A DNA stretch of 63,930 nt, counting the filler, from Thermodesulfobacteriota bacterium (GTDB lineage Bacteria; DASVDK01), in assembly GCA_036381125.1 (NCBI GenBank). It is 5 parts of 5 records of this genome, joined end to end, with 100 filler letters (N's around TTAATTAATTAA, not from the genome) between each part and the next. Parts side by side here need not be neighbours in the genome. Positions count along the whole stretch, not along the records: positions 24,920 to 46,410 come from DASVDK010000066.1; positions 46,511 to 53,006 come from DASVDK010000067.1; positions 53,107 to 61,769 come from DASVDK010000071.1; 2 more parts are not named here. One strand, 5' to 3'. The position numbers and the translations under genes are program-made. Positions 42,426 to 53,107 of this stretch are shown piece after piece. Under the pieces are notes generated by a model. That model was not told where the DNA came from. It ran no database searches and worked only from the letters and a program-made list of their open reading frames with translations. Positions within the stretch are counted from its first letter, which is position 1. Each line of letters starts with the position of its first letter.

Positions 42426-43253
42426 CTAGCGGAGCCGCGGGTCGAGGAGGTCGCGCAGCGCGTCGCCGAGCAGATTGAAGGCGAGGACCGTCACCGCGAC
42501 GGCGACACCCGGCACCACCGCCATCCAGGGCGCGAGCGAGAGGTACCCCTGGGCCTCCTGGAGCATCTTCCCCCAGGAGGGCAGCGGCGGCTGGGTCCCG
42601 AGCCCGAGGTACGAGAGGCTCGCTTCGGCGACGATGGCGCGTCCGACGGCGAGGCTCGCCTGCACGATCACCGGCCCCATGGCATTCGGCAGGATGTGCC
42701 GGCCGAGGACGTAGGCCGGACCCGCCCCCTGTGCCTCGACCGCGGTGACGAACTCCCGGCTCGCCAGGACGAGCACGACGCTTCGGGTCAGCCGGGCGAA
42801 CACCGGGATCCCGACGATTCCGATCGCGATCGCGGCGTTGCGGTGGCCTGGCCCCAGCGCCGCGACGACCGTGATGGCGAGGAGGAGCGCCGGGAAGGCC
42901 AGCAGGCCGTCCATGGCTCGCATGGCCCCCTCGTCGAGCCACCCGCGGACGTATCCGGCGAGCGCGCCGATGGCGACCCCCACGCTCACGGAGATGGCGA
43001 CTGACAGACCGGCGACCGTCATGGCGATGGAGGCGCCGCGCATCAGGCGGCTCAGGATGTCGCGGCCGAACTGGTCGGTGCCGAGCGGGTGCTCGGCCGT
43101 CGGCGCCTTCAGGCGCTTGCCGATCTCGACGGCCGCCGGGTCGTGCGGCGTGTAGACCATGCCGACCAGCGCGATCACCGAGATGAGCGCGACCGCGACG
43201 AGGCTCGCGACCGCCCCCCGACCGAGCCGCCCGCCCTGCGCGACGACGGTCAT
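42426..43253 (-). CDS. Peptide/nickel ABC permease (DppC-like)
   Basis: HPLGTDQFGRDILSR, HILPN, EASLSYLGLG, FNLLGDALRDLLDPR. Confidence 0.92.
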   Translation of the reverse strand: MTVVAQGGRLGRGAVASLVAVALISVIALVGMVYTPHDPAAVEIGKRLKAPTAEHPLGTDQFGRDILSRLMRGASIAMTVAGLSVAISVSVGVAIGALAGYVRGWLDEGAMRAMDGLLAFPALLLAITVVAALGPGHRNAAIAIGIVGIPVFARLTRSVVLVLASREFVTAVEAQGAGPAYVLGRHILPNAMGPVIVQASLAVGRAIVAEASLSYLGLGTQPPLPSWGKMLQEAQGYLSLAPWMAVVPGVAVAVTVLAFNLLGDALRDLLDPRLR

Positions 43254-44197
43254 GCGCGTCGGGTCCTCGGGTCGAGCCACGCGTAGGAGAGGTCGACCAG
43301 CAGGTTCAGGACGACCGTCAGCGCCGCGAGGAAGAAGACGAGCCCCTGGATCAGCGGCCAGTCGCGATTCACGACGGCGAAGAGCACGAGACGGCCGAGG
43401 CCAGGGAGCGCGAAGATCTGCTCGACGATGATCGCGCCGCCGAGGACGCTCCCCACCTGGAGGCCGACGACGGTCACCGTCGGGACGAGGGCGTTGCGCA
43501 ACGTGTGCCAGTACACCACGCGCGACTCCGGGAGCCCCTTCGCGCGGGCCGTCCGCACGAAGTCCTCGCGCATGACGTCGAGCATCGAGGAGCGCTGCAT
43601 CCGGGCGATCTGCGCCGCCAGCACGACGCCGAGCGCCAGCGACGGCATGGCGAGGGAGCGCAGCGCCTCGGCCGGGTCGTCGCTCCACGGCTCGTAGCCG
43701 CCCGTCGGCAGCCACCTGAGCTTCAGCGCGAACGCGAAGATCAGCATGATGCCGAGCCAGAAGGACGGAATCGCCTGGCCGAGCTGGGAGAAGACGAGCG
43801 CGCCGTAGTCGGCCACCGTGCCCCGCCGGGCGGCGGCGACGACGCCGAGCGGAAGCCCGATGGCGAGCGCCACCAGGAGCGCCAGGACCGACAGAGAGAG
43901 CGTGACCGGCAACCGCTCGGCGATGAGGTCGAGCACCGGCCGCTTGTGCCGGATCGAGATGCCCAGCTCGCCGCGCGCGACCGACGCCACCCACGCGCCG
44001 TACTGCACGAGGAGCGGGCGATCGGTGCCGAGCTCGCGTCGCATCTCGGCCAGGGTGTCACCGGGCGACTCGGCGCCCAGGATCAGCAGCGCCGGGTCGC
44101 CCGGGAGCACCCGAAGGAGCAGGAACGTGAAGATCGAGACGACGACGAGCGTCACCGCGACGCTCGCCGCCCGGGCGAGGAGGTCCGTGCCGCGCAT
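43250..44197 (-). CDS. Peptide/nickel ABC permease (DppB-like)
   Basis: LPGDPA, RLPVTL, PSFWLG, RTARAKGL, EQIFALPGLG, LDPR. Confidence 0.92.
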   Translation of the reverse strand: MRGTDLLARAASVAVTLVVVSIFTFLLLRVLPGDPALLILGAESPGDTLAEMRRELGTDRPLLVQYGAWVASVARGELGISIRHKRPVLDLIAERLPVTLSLSVLALLVALAIGLPLGVVAAARRGTVADYGALVFSQLGQAIPSFWLGIMLIFAFALKLRWLPTGGYEPWSDDPAEALRSLAMPSLALGVVLAAQIARMQRSSMLDVMREDFVRTARAKGLPESRVVYWHTLRNALVPTVTVVGLQVGSVLGGAIIVEQIFALPGLGRLVLFAVVNRDWPLIQGLVFFLAALTVVLNLLVDLSYAWLDPRTRRA

Positions 44198-44218
44198 CGC
44201 CGCTCGGGCCGGGCGCTC

Positions 44219-45736
44219 CTACCGCGACGCCCGGTAGACGTCCGTCAGCCGATTGCCCGGGATCGGCAGCTCGGCGTAGCCCCACACGTCGCGCTGGAAG
44301 CCGACGATGGCGTCCCGCGACACGAGGAACACGCACGCGGCATCCTCGGAGAGCAGCTCCTGGAGCCGCCTCACGATCGCCCTCCGCTTCGCGCGGTCGT
44401 GCGTGCCGTCCCCTTCGGTCAGGAGCCGGTCGAACTCCGGGTTCGAGTAGCCGAAGTAGTTCGCGTTGTACCCGGTCTTGAAGCGCTCGAGCAGGGTCAT
44501 CGGGTCGAGCCGGCCGTAGTGCCCGATGGTCGTGAGCGCGTAGTCCTTCTGCTTGTAGACCCGGTCGAGCCACTGTCCCCACTCAAGCGTCTCGAGCCTC
44601 GCCCTGATGCCGACCCGCGTGAGCTGGCTCGCGATGATCTCGCCGGCCGCGCTGTAGTCGGGATACGGCTGCGGAAGGTACAGCGTAGTCTCGAAGCCGT
44701 TCGGGTAGCCGGCCTCCGCGAGGAGCGCCTTCGCCTTCGCGACGTCGTGCGGGTAGCGGCCGTTGAGGTCGACGTAGTACTCGCCGATGATCGGCGCCAT
44801 GAAGCTGCCGATCAGCCGTCCGTAGCCGAAGTTGGCCCCTTCGAGCACCGCCGCGCGATCGATGGCGTGGAAGAGGGCTCGCCGGACCCGAAGGTCGTCG
44901 AACGGCTTTCGCGCCGCGTTGATGGCCAGCTCGCTCAGCGTGTTGCTCGGGTACGTCTCCACCCGGAGCGACCGGTTCGCCCGTAGCTCCTCGACCATCT
45001 GCGGCGGGATCCGCTCGGTGATGTCGATCTCGCCCGCCCTGAGCGCGGTGACGCGCGCCGTCTCGTCGGGGATGACCTTGAAGAGGACCTCGTCGAGGTA
45101 CGGGCGTCCCGGCACGAAGTATCGGGCGTTCTTGACCAGCTTGATGTGGCTATCGGGAACCCACTCGACGAATCGGAAGGGGCCCGTGCCGATCGGCCTG
45201 CGCGCGAGCCCGTCGCCGGCTCCTTCCGGCACGATGGCGGCCCACCCGTACGCCAGATCGGAGAGGAAGCGAGCGGAGGGGCGCGAGAGCGTGATCGCGA
45301 CGGTCGTCGGCGACGGCGTCTCGACGCGGGCGATGACGGCGTAGTCAGCGGCGTGAGGGCTCCTGCCCTTCTCCGCCATCCGGGCGAGGCTGTACTTGAC
45401 GTCGGCCGACGTAAGCGGCTTGCCGTCGTGGAACGTCACGCCGCGACGCAGCTCGAACGTGTAGGTGAGGCCGTCACGCGAGATGTCCCACCGCTCCGCC
45501 AGACCCGGCAGGAGCTCGCCCCTGGCGTTCGTGGCGACGAGGCTGTCGAAGATGTTCATCGTGATGATGAACGTCGAGTCGGCCGGGCTGCGGTGCGGGT
45601 CGAGCCCGTCGGGGTTGGCCAGGGCGGCGACCGTCACCGCCCCGCCCGGCCTCGGGGCCGGGGGGGTCTCGGCGGCCGTGGCGCCCGCGGCGCAGAGGAG
45701 CAGCGCGGCCAGCGCGCCGAGGAGCCTCGAGATCAT
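44219..45736 (-). CDS. Peptide ABC substrate-binding protein (family 5, DppA-like)
   Basis: Signal peptide; LDPH, LRRGVTFHDG, IGTGPF, PFDDLRVRRAL. Confidence 0.92.
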   Translation of the reverse strand: MISRLLGALAALLLCAAGATAAETPPAPRPGGAVTVAALANPDGLDPHRSPADSTFIITMNIFDSLVATNARGELLPGLAERWDISRDGLTYTFELRRGVTFHDGKPLTSADVKYSLARMAEKGRSPHAADYAVIARVETPSPTTVAITLSRPSARFLSDLAYGWAAIVPEGAGDGLARRPIGTGPFRFVEWVPDSHIKLVKNARYFVPGRPYLDEVLFKVIPDETARVTALRAGEIDITERIPPQMVEELRANRSLRVETYPSNTLSELAINAARKPFDDLRVRRALFHAIDRAAVLEGANFGYGRLIGSFMAPIIGEYYVDLNGRYPHDVAKAKALLAEAGYPNGFETTLYLPQPYPDYSAAGEIIASQLTRVGIRARLETLEWGQWLDRVYKQKDYALTTIGHYGRLDPMTLLERFKTGYNANYFGYSNPEFDRLLTEGDGTHDRAKRRAIVRRLQELLSEDAACVFLVSRDAIVGFQRDVWGYAELPIPGNRLTDVYRASR

Positions 45737-46410
45737 CGGGAGCCCTCCTTCCTTGCCGGGACGATCGGCAGCAGGATGTGGGACGGCCGTGCGGCGTCAT
45801 GGTAGACGGCCTGGTGCGCGACGACGACGCGGCGCTCGCGCCCCGGCGGCTCGCCCGTGTTGGGGTTCACGTCGAAGTGCGGGAAGTTGCTGCTCGAGAT
45901 GTCGAGGCGGATCCGGTGCCCGCGCTCGAAGCGGTTCGAGGTGGGCTGGGGCTCGATGGTGATCCGATAGACCTCGCCCGGCTCCATCGGCTCGGCCCGC
46001 TCGAACCCGTTGCGGTAGCGGACACGGAGGATCGAGTCCGCGATGTTCAGCGCGTAGCCGGTCGGATAGTCCTCGTTCGCCGGGTACTCGTCCACGAGCT
46101 TGGCCGTGAAGTCCGTGTCGACCGCGGAGGAGCTGATCCAGAGCGTCACGGTGAGGGGGCCGGTCACCTCGACCGCCTCGGCGAGGGGCGGGGTGCGGAA
46201 GACGAGCACGTCACGGCGCTGGGCGAGCGGCAGGGTGTCCGTACAGAGGGACAGGTCCGCGCGCCCCCGCTGATCGAAGCCGCCCCCTTCGAGGAGGCCG
46301 GGCACACCGAGGTTCTGGAAGTTCCCCCCGATGGTCGGCACCGGGTCGGCCGGGTTGAACGTGTACCGGCTCGGCTCGACGCCGCCGGACGGCGGCTCCG
46401 GCGAGAGCAG
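45733..46410 (-). CDS. CocE/NonD-family hydrolase C-terminal domain (5' partial)
   Basis: PVPTIGG, RRDVLVFRTPPL, EVTGP, DTDFTAKLVD, GHRIRLDISSSNFPHFDVNPNTG. Confidence 0.9.
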   Translation of the reverse strand: MLSPEPPSGGVEPSRYTFNPADPVPTIGGNFQNLGVPGLLEGGGFDQRGRADLSLCTDTLPLAQRRDVLVFRTPPLAEAVEVTGPLTVTLWISSSAVDTDFTAKLVDEYPANEDYPTGYALNIADSILRVRYRNGFERAEPMEPGEVYRITIEPQPTSNRFERGHRIRLDISSSNFPHFDVNPNTGEPPGRERRVVVAHQAVYHDAARPSHILLPIVPARKEGSR

Positions 46411-46510
46411 NNNNNNNNNNNNNNNNNNNNNNNNNNNNNNNNNNNNNNNNNNNNTTAATTAATTAANNNNNNNNNNNNNNNNNNNNNNNNNNNNNNNNNN
46501 NNNNNNNNNN
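46411..46510. other. Artificial contig linker
   Basis: N-run with TTAATTAATTAA. Confidence 0.98.
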
Positions 46511-47283
46511 CCGCCCCCGGCCCGGGCGGCGTTCACCGCCTCGGCCGCCTCGGGCGCCACCTCGTACCGCTCCGGCAGCATCCGGTGCGCCGCGTAGTCG
46601 TCGCCCCGGATGGCGGCGAAGGTGCCGGGCCCGACCCAGAGCGTGATGCGCACGACCCGCACGCCCGCCCGCTCGAGCGCCGCCAGGAGGGCCGGCGTGA
46701 AGTGAAGCCCCGCCGTCGGAGCCGCCACCGCGCCGTCGCGCGCCGCGTAGACCGTCTGGTAGGCCTCGGCGTCGGCGCCGCCGGCCGGCGCCTCGCCCGG
46801 CGCGCGGCGGATGTACGGCGGCAACGGGACCTCCCCCTGCCGGCGCAGCTCGGCCGCGAGCGGCGCCCCCTCGAAGGCGACCAGGAGCGCCCCGCCGCCC
46901 GGGGCCGCGACCACCTCGCCCGCGAGCGGCGGCGCGAAGAGGACGCGCGCGCCGGGGCCGAGGTGACGGGCCGGCCGGCCGATCGCCTCCCAGACCTCGC
47001 GTCCGCCGGCCGTCACGTCGGGACGCGGCCGCGTGACGAGCAGCTCCACGCCGCCCCCGGAGGGACGCCGGCCCCTCAGCCTGGCCGGCACGACCCGCGC
47101 GTCGTTCACCACCAGGCAGTCGCCCGGCGCGAGGAACCGGGGGAGGTCGGACACCCGGGCGTGCGCTCGCGCGCCGGTCGTCCGATCGAGCACGAGCAGC
47201 CTGGCCGCGTCGCGCGGCTCGGCCGGCCGCTGCGCGATCTGCGCCTCGGGCACGTCGAAGTCGAAGTCGCGCAGGCTCGTCAC
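46511..47283 (-). CDS. queA: SAM:tRNA ribosyltransferase-isomerase (3' partial)
   Basis: DFDFDVPEAQIAQRP, VPLPPYI, YQTVYA, AVAAPTAGLHFT; alternative start at ATG 47349. Confidence 0.93.
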
Positions 47284-47345
47284 GACGCTCCCGTTTCCTC
47301 CCGGCTGGAGACTCTCGTCGCGCAGAGGTGGAGGGCCGGCGGCGC

Positions 47346-48539
47346 TCATGGGACGACGAGCCTGGCTCCCGGGTAGTAGTACTCGAGGATCTGCCGGTAG
47401 TCGTGGCCCGCCAGCGCCATGCCGCGGGCCCCCCACTGGCACATCCCCACCCCGTGGCCGGCCCCCCGCCCCTCGAAGCCGAGATCCTGGCCGTCGCGCG
47501 CCACCTCGAACGCGGTGCTCTTGAGCCGGCTGAAGCCGAGAAGGCGCCTGAGGTCGGTCGCCGGCAGGACGAACGACCCGGCGGCGGCGGTCGCCACGAT
47601 GGTGCGCGCGCGGCCGCTCCCGGTGCGATCGCGCACGTCGAGGCGCGCGAGCCCGGCGGCGGGGTAGCCGGCCTCGACGAGCCGGCGCTCGACCTCCGCG
47701 ACCGGCACCGAGACGCGCCATTCGTAGACCGGCGACTCGCGGTCGTAGGGGCAGCGCTGCGCGACGAGGTAGGGCCTGGGCGTCCCCCAGACCTCCTCCG
47801 ACGCCTCCGTGTGCCCCCCGGCCGTCGAGTGGAAGGCGGCCAGGATCGGCGCGCCGGCGGCGTCCGCCAGCCACTCGCCGGCCGTGGCCGCCACGGCGGC
47901 CGCCGCGCGCGGGTCCTCCGCCTGCACCCCCCCGTAGACCTGGTCGAGGACCGAGGTCTCGAGGTCGTAGCGCGCACCCGCGCGCCGCCGCGCCTCGCGC
48001 CGGAAGCGCGCGTAGGTCCGCGACGCGACCGCCTGCGCCTTGAGCGCCTCCATGGGCCAGGTCCTGGCGTCCATCTCGAGCGGGACGACGCCGGCCAGGT
48101 ACCGCTCCATCGCGATCTCGTTCACGACGAGGAGCGCCCCGCCGTCCGCCAGGAGCTCCACCCGTCCGCGGAGGCGCCTCGGCGGCCCGCCGTCGACGGC
48201 CACGACGAGCGGCCCCGCCCCCTCGACGCGCAGCCGCCCCGCGCCCGACGGACGGCCGTCGAGCGTCACCTCGCCTCCCGCCGCCGCCAGCACGACCCCC
48301 ACCGCCCCAGGCCGCCCGGCGAGCGCCCCCTGCCCCCCCTCGGCGTCGCTGACGACGAGGCTCGTCCCCTCGACGGCCACGCGCGCCGCCCCGAGCGCCA
48401 CCGCGAGGCGCACCGACGGACCGGCGTCGAGCGCCGCGTCGACGTCGGCCGGAGGCGGCGGCTCGGGACCTCTCGGGCCGGCCGCGCAGCCGGCGGCCAG
48501 CACGACCAGGAGGAGCCAGGCCGCGGCGGGCTGGACCAC
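47346..48539 (-). CDS. SpoIID/LytB-domain lipoprotein
   Basis: LAAGC lipobox; YLAGVVPLEM, EALKAQAVASRTYA, QVYGG, GAGHGVGMCQWGA. Confidence 0.92.
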   Translation of the reverse strand: MVQPAAAWLLLVVLAAGCAAGPRGPEPPPPADVDAALDAGPSVRLAVALGAARVAVEGTSLVVSDAEGGQGALAGRPGAVGVVLAAAGGEVTLDGRPSGAGRLRVEGAGPLVVAVDGGPPRRLRGRVELLADGGALLVVNEIAMERYLAGVVPLEMDARTWPMEALKAQAVASRTYARFRREARRRAGARYDLETSVLDQVYGGVQAEDPRAAAAVAATAGEWLADAAGAPILAAFHSTAGGHTEASEEVWGTPRPYLVAQRCPYDRESPVYEWRVSVPVAEVERRLVEAGYPAAGLARLDVRDRTGSGRARTIVATAAAGSFVLPATDLRRLLGFSRLKSTAFEVARDGQDLGFEGRGAGHGVGMCQWGARGMALAGHDYRQILEYYYPGARLVVP

Positions 48540-48543
48540 GCGG

Positions 48544-49326
48544 CTAGGATCCCGCCCGCGTGGCCGTACCGCCGAGGAGCGGCCGGATCAGCTCGATCGG
48601 CAGCGGGAAGACCATCGTCGTGCCCTTGCCGCCGTTCGAGATCTCGACGAGCGTCTGGAGGTACCGGAGCTGGAGCGCCTGCGGCTGGCTGCCGATGACG
48701 GCCGCCGCCTGGGCGATCTTCTCCGACGCCTGCAGCTCCCCCTCGGCCGAGATGATCTTGGCCCGCCGCTCGCGCTCGGCCTCGGCCTGCCGCGCCATGG
48801 CGCGCTGCATCTCCTGGGGCAGGTCGATCCCCTTCAGCTCGACGTTCGACACCTTCACGCCCCAGGGGTCGGTGTGCTTGTCGAGGATGGTCTGCAGCTC
48901 GGTGTTGATCTTCTCCCGCTCCGCGAGCAGCTCGTCGAGCGCCGCCTGGCCGCAGACGCTCCTGAGCGTCGTCTGCGCGAGCTGGGAGGTGGCGTAGAGG
49001 TAGTTCTCGACCTCGACGATGGCCCGCATCGGCGCGAGGACGCGGAAGTAGATGACCGCGTTCACCTTGACCGAGACGTTGTCGCGGGTGATCACGTCCT
49101 GCGGCGGCACGTCCATCGCGACCGTCCGGAGGCTCACCTTGGCCATCTTGTCGATGATCGGCACCAGGATGATGATGCCGGGCCCCTTCACCCCGATGGC
49201 CCGGCCGAGCCGGAAGATCACGCCGCGCTCGTACTCGTTCAGCACGCGGATCGAGTAGAGGATGACGATGACGACGATCGCGACGGCGACCACCATCGGC
49301 ACCGACCACTCCGGCACATTGAACAT
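48544..49326 (-). CDS. Slipin / SPFH (stomatin-like) protein
   Basis: [38 protein letters not shown]. Confidence 0.94.
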   Translation of the reverse strand: MFNVPEWSVPMVVAVAIVVIVILYSIRVLNEYERGVIFRLGRAIGVKGPGIIILVPIIDKMAKVSLRTVAMDVPPQDVITRDNVSVKVNAVIYFRVLAPMRAIVEVENYLYATSQLAQTTLRSVCGQAALDELLAEREKINTELQTILDKHTDPWGVKVSNVELKGIDLPQEMQRAMARQAEAERERRAKIISAEGELQASEKIAQAAAVIGSQPQALQLRYLQTLVEISNGGKGTTMVFPLPIELIRPLLGGTATRAGS

Positions 49327-49341
49327 GCTCCCTCCCCCCTC

Positions 49342-50667
49342 TCAGGACGTCCGGTCGGCCGGCTCGACCTCGACGACGAAGCCGCGAACCGCCGTGACCC
49401 GTACCCGCTCGCCCGCCGCGATGGGCGTGGCCGACCGGGCGTTCCAGTACTCGCCGTGCACGAAGACCTTCCCTTCCGGCGCGATCGGGCCGAGCGCCTC
49501 GCCCGTCTCGCCGATCAGATCGGCCTCGCCGCCCATGGCCGGGCGCCGCTGCGATCGCACGGCCGCCCCGACGATGAGGAGCAGCCCGAGGGCGAGCGTG
49601 GCCACCGTCGGCACGACCACCAGGAGCGACACCCGGAGGTAGTTCGGCGCCGACCAGTCGACGAAGATGATCGAGCCGAGCGCGAGCGCCACGACGCCGC
49701 CCACGCCGAGGATCCCGTGGCTCGCCACCTTCACCTCGGCGATGAGCAGGCCCAGGCCGACCAGGATGAGGAGGATGCCGGCCCAGTTGATCGGCAGCAC
49801 CTGGAAGGCGAACATGGCGAGGATGAGCGCGATCGCCCCGGTCACGCCCGGCAGGATGGCGCCCGGGTTGTAGAACTCGATGGCGAGCCCGGCGAGCCCG
49901 GCCAGGAAGAGGAGGTAGGCCAGGTTGGGGTTGGCGAGCACCGAGAGGACGCGCAGGTTCCAGCGCATCTCGAACGGCACGATCCGCGCCCCCTTCGTCC
50001 GGACCACCACCTTGCGCCCCTCGACGTCCACCTTGCGGCCGTCGGCCTTGTCGAGCGCCTCGGCCACGCTGGCCGCGACGAAGTCGACCACGTTGAGCTT
50101 CGCCGCCTCCTCGGCCTGGACCGAGGCGGCCTCGCGCACCGCCTTGACGGCCCACTCGGCGTTGCGCCCCCGCTGGCGCGCGAGCCCCTCGATGTAGGCG
50201 GCGGCGTCGTTCACGATCTTCTTCTGCATCGTCTCGTCGATCTCGCCGCCCCCGGCCGCCACCGGCGACGCCGCGCCGATGTTCGTCCCGGGCGCCATCG
50301 CCGCCACGTGGGCGGCGATGGTGATGAACGCGCCGGCCGACCCGGCGTGCGCGCCGGGCGGGCCCACGTAGACCATCACCGGGACCTTCGAGGCCAGGAT
50401 GTCCTTGACGATTTCGCGCATCGAGGAGACGAGGCCCCCCGGCGTGTCGAGCTGGACGACGAGCGCCGCCGCCCGCGCCAGCTCCGCCGCGGCGATCGCC
50501 TCCTCGATGTACGCCGCCGTCACCGGCGTGATCGCGTCGTCCACGACCGCCAGGTAGACCACCGGCGCGGCGGCCGGCTCCGCCGGCGCCGGCGACGGCC
50601 CCGCGGCCCCCGGGCGGACCAGGACGAGACCGGCGATCGCGAGGCACAGCGCCGCGAGGTACCGCAC
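49342..50667 (-). CDS. nfeD: NfeD-family membrane-bound serine protease (long form)
   Basis: LDTPGG, AGSAG, MAPGTNIGAA, TM region, OB-fold VFVHGEYWNA; paired with the slipin. Confidence 0.92.
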   Translation of the reverse strand: MRYLAALCLAIAGLVLVRPGAAGPSPAPAEPAAAPVVYLAVVDDAITPVTAAYIEEAIAAAELARAAALVVQLDTPGGLVSSMREIVKDILASKVPVMVYVGPPGAHAGSAGAFITIAAHVAAMAPGTNIGAASPVAAGGGEIDETMQKKIVNDAAAYIEGLARQRGRNAEWAVKAVREAASVQAEEAAKLNVVDFVAASVAEALDKADGRKVDVEGRKVVVRTKGARIVPFEMRWNLRVLSVLANPNLAYLLFLAGLAGLAIEFYNPGAILPGVTGAIALILAMFAFQVLPINWAGILLILVGLGLLIAEVKVASHGILGVGGVVALALGSIIFVDWSAPNYLRVSLLVVVPTVATLALGLLLIVGAAVRSQRRPAMGGEADLIGETGEALGPIAPEGKVFVHGEYWNARSATPIAAGERVRVTAVRGFVVEVEPADRTS

Positions 50668-51554
50668 TACCCCTCCTCCGGCAGCGCGGCCAGGGCGTCG
50701 CGCACGAGCTTCATGTCCTCCCAGACCTCGCGCTTGGCCGCCGGGTTGCGCAGGAGGTACGCGGGGTGGAACGTCGGCATCACCCGGTAGTCCCCCGCCT
50801 GGTGGAACTTCCCGCGCAGCGCCGTGATCCCCCGCGTCGTCCCGAGGAGCGTCTGCGCGGCGACGCTGCCGAGCGCGACGACGACCCTGGGGCGGACCAC
50901 CGCCATCGTCTGCCTCAGGAACGGCTGGCACGCGGCGATCTCGTCCGGCTCCGGCCTGCGGTTGTCGGGAGGCCGGCACCGCACGACGTTCGCGATGTAC
51001 ACCTGCTCCCGTCTCAGGCCGATCGCCTCGATGATCTTCGTGAGGAGCTGGCCGGCGCGCCCCACGAAGGGCTCGCCCTGCAGGTCCTCGTCGCGGCCGG
51101 GGCCCTCGCCGACGAACATGAGGCGCGCCCGCTCGTTGCCGACGCCGAACACGATGTTGGTGCGCCCCTCCCAGAGCTTGCACCGGCGGCAGTCGCCGAG
51201 CCGCTCGCGCACCTCGGCCAGGCTCGCGGCCGGCGGCTCGGCCGGCCCGGCGGCGAGGAGCCCGGCCCCGCCCCGCCCGCGCGGCCGGTCGGCGGCCACC
51301 GGCATGCCGAAGAGGTCCCTGGCCGGGGCGGCCGGCGGGGGCGGCGGCGTCGGGGGGGCCGCGGCGGCTCGGGGGCCGGCTACCGGTCCGGGCGTCGGCG
51401 GCTCCGGCACATGTGTTTCGGGACGCGCCGGGGCGGGCCGCCCCCGCCCCTCGGGGGCCACCCACTCCACGCCGGCCCTGCGCCACTCGGCCAGCGCCGC
51501 GCGCACCTCGGCCACGAGACGGGCCGCGTCGTCCTTGCCAGCCTGACGGCTCAT
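50667..51554 (-). CDS. Uracil-DNA glycosylase family 4 with N-terminal extension
   Basis: [37 protein letters not shown]. Confidence 0.93.
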   Translation of the reverse strand: MSRQAGKDDAARLVAEVRAALAEWRRAGVEWVAPEGRGRPAPARPETHVPEPPTPGPVAGPRAAAAPPTPPPPPAAPARDLFGMPVAADRPRGRGGAGLLAAGPAEPPAASLAEVRERLGDCRRCKLWEGRTNIVFGVGNERARLMFVGEGPGRDEDLQGEPFVGRAGQLLTKIIEAIGLRREQVYIANVVRCRPPDNRRPEPDEIAACQPFLRQTMAVVRPRVVVALGSVAAQTLLGTTRGITALRGKFHQAGDYRVMPTFHPAYLLRNPAAKREVWEDMKLVRDALAALPEEG

Positions 51555-51630
51555 GCCCTCGTCGCCTCCTCGAGCCTCGGGCGCCTCACCTTGACACACC
51601 GGAGCGCCCTGTGATAGCTAACAGACCCGC

Positions 51631-52590
51631 ATGCTTCAACCAGGCTCGCTCCTCTTCGGCGTGACGGCGTTCACGCTCCTGCTGCTGGCGCCGGACGCCG
51701 CGTACGCCTGGGGCCCCGGGACCCATCTGCAGGTGGGCTCCCAGGTCCTCGAGAACCTGGCCATCCTGACCCCCGCGCTCCAGGACCTGCTCAGACGCTA
51801 CCCGTACGACTTCCTCTACGGCTGCATCGGGGCCGACATCATCATCGGCAAGAAGTACCGCATCAAACAGGTCTTCCACTGCCACAACTGGAGCACGGGC
51901 TTCCGGCTCCTCGACGCCGCCGAGACGCCGCACGAGTCGGCCTTCGCCTACGGCTACCTCTGCCACCTGGCCGCCGACACGATCTCCCACAACTACTTCG
52001 TCCCCTGCCAGGAGATCGCCTCCTACTCGGCCAACTCCCTGCGGCACACCTACTGGGAGGTCCGGTTCGACGACTTCATCGACCCCCGGATGTGGCCCCT
52101 CGCGCGGGTGGTCCACGACGAGGCCCACGGCCGCAACGACGGCCTCCTGCAGCGCGTGCTCGCGGACACGATCTTCTCGTTCCGGACCAACAAGCGGATC
52201 TTCACCGGCCTCATCTCGCTGCAGCAGGTCCGGCACTGGCGCAAGATGGTGACCCTCCTGGCCACCCGCTCGAGCTTCCCCTTCACCCGGGACGACTTCG
52301 AGCGCTACTACCGCCTCACGCAGAACGCGGTCTTCGCCTTCATGATCGACGGCCAGACGTCGCGGACGGTCGAGGCCGACCCGATCGGCCGGCGCAACCT
52401 CCATGCGGCCGCGCTGATCCGCAAGACGCTGAGGACGCTGTCGAGGCGCAGGGTGCTGTCGCCGGCGCAGTGCGAGGAGATCGTCCGCGAGGTCACGCGC
52501 AGCCTCGAGACCGGCCTCGAGAGCGCCTTCCGCGAGCCGGAACTCCTCAGCCTCCCCTCGGTGCGGCGGCTCGCGGCGGCGCGGCGTTGA
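51631..52590 (+). CDS. Zinc-dependent phospholipase C family protein
   Basis: Signal-like N-terminus then AWGPGTH; YGYLCHLAAD, HNYFVP and HTYWE metal ligands; TTGACA at 51591. Confidence 0.8.
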   Translation: MLQPGSLLFGVTAFTLLLLAPDAAYAWGPGTHLQVGSQVLENLAILTPALQDLLRRYPYDFLYGCIGADIIIGKKYRIKQVFHCHNWSTGFRLLDAAETPHESAFAYGYLCHLAADTISHNYFVPCQEIASYSANSLRHTYWEVRFDDFIDPRMWPLARVVHDEAHGRNDGLLQRVLADTIFSFRTNKRIFTGLISLQQVRHWRKMVTLLATRSSFPFTRDDFERYYRLTQNAVFAFMIDGQTSRTVEADPIGRRNLHAAALIRKTLRTLSRRRVLSPAQCEEIVREVTRSLETGLESAFREPELLSLPSVRRLAAARR

Positions 52591-52621
52591 CGGCTCGCGG
52601 CCGGCTCACGCCGCCCCGTCG

Positions 52622-53005
52622 CTACCCCTTCACCAGCTCGCGCACCCGGTCGAGGATCGCGTCGGCCACCTCGCTCTTCGGCGCGAGGGGATGCTCGTCG
52701 GCCGCGCCGTCGCCGCGCACGAGGACGACCGCGTTGGTCTCGCTCCCGAACCCGCAGCCGGGCGCCGACACGTCGTTGGCCACGATCAGGTCGACCCCCT
52801 TGGCCGCGAGCTTGGCGCGCGCGTGGTGGACCAGGTCGGCGGTCTCCGCCGCGAAGCCGACGAGCACCGGTCCGGGGCGGCCCGCCGCCCGCCCGTCGCG
52901 GCGCCGCCGCCCGAGCTCGGCCAGGATGTCGAGGTTGCGCACGAGGTCGAGCCGGATCCCGTCCTCGCCGTCCACCTTCTTGATCTTCTGGTCGGCCGCC
53001 TTGAC
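52622..53005 (-). CDS. coaBC: CoaBC C-terminal (phosphopantothenate-cysteine ligase) part (5' partial)
   Basis: KIKK, NLDIL, VGFAAET, DLIVANDV, GFGSETN. Confidence 0.92.
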   Translation of the reverse strand, partial: VKAADQKIKKVDGEDGIRLDLVRNLDILAELGRRRRDGRAAGRPGPVLVGFAAETADLVHHARAKLAAKGVDLIVANDVSAPGCGFGSETNAVVLVRGDGAADEHPLAPKSEVADAILDRVRELVKG

Positions 53006-53006
53006 G

Positions 53007-53106
53007 NNNNNNNNNNNNNNNNNNNNNNNNNNNNNNNNNNNNNNNNNNNNTTAATTAATTAANNNNNNNNNNNNNNNNNNNNNNNNNNNNNNNNNNNNNN
53101 NNNNNN
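53007..53106. other. Artificial contig linker
   Basis: N-run with TTAATTAATTAA. Confidence 0.98.
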
Positions 53107-53107
53107 C

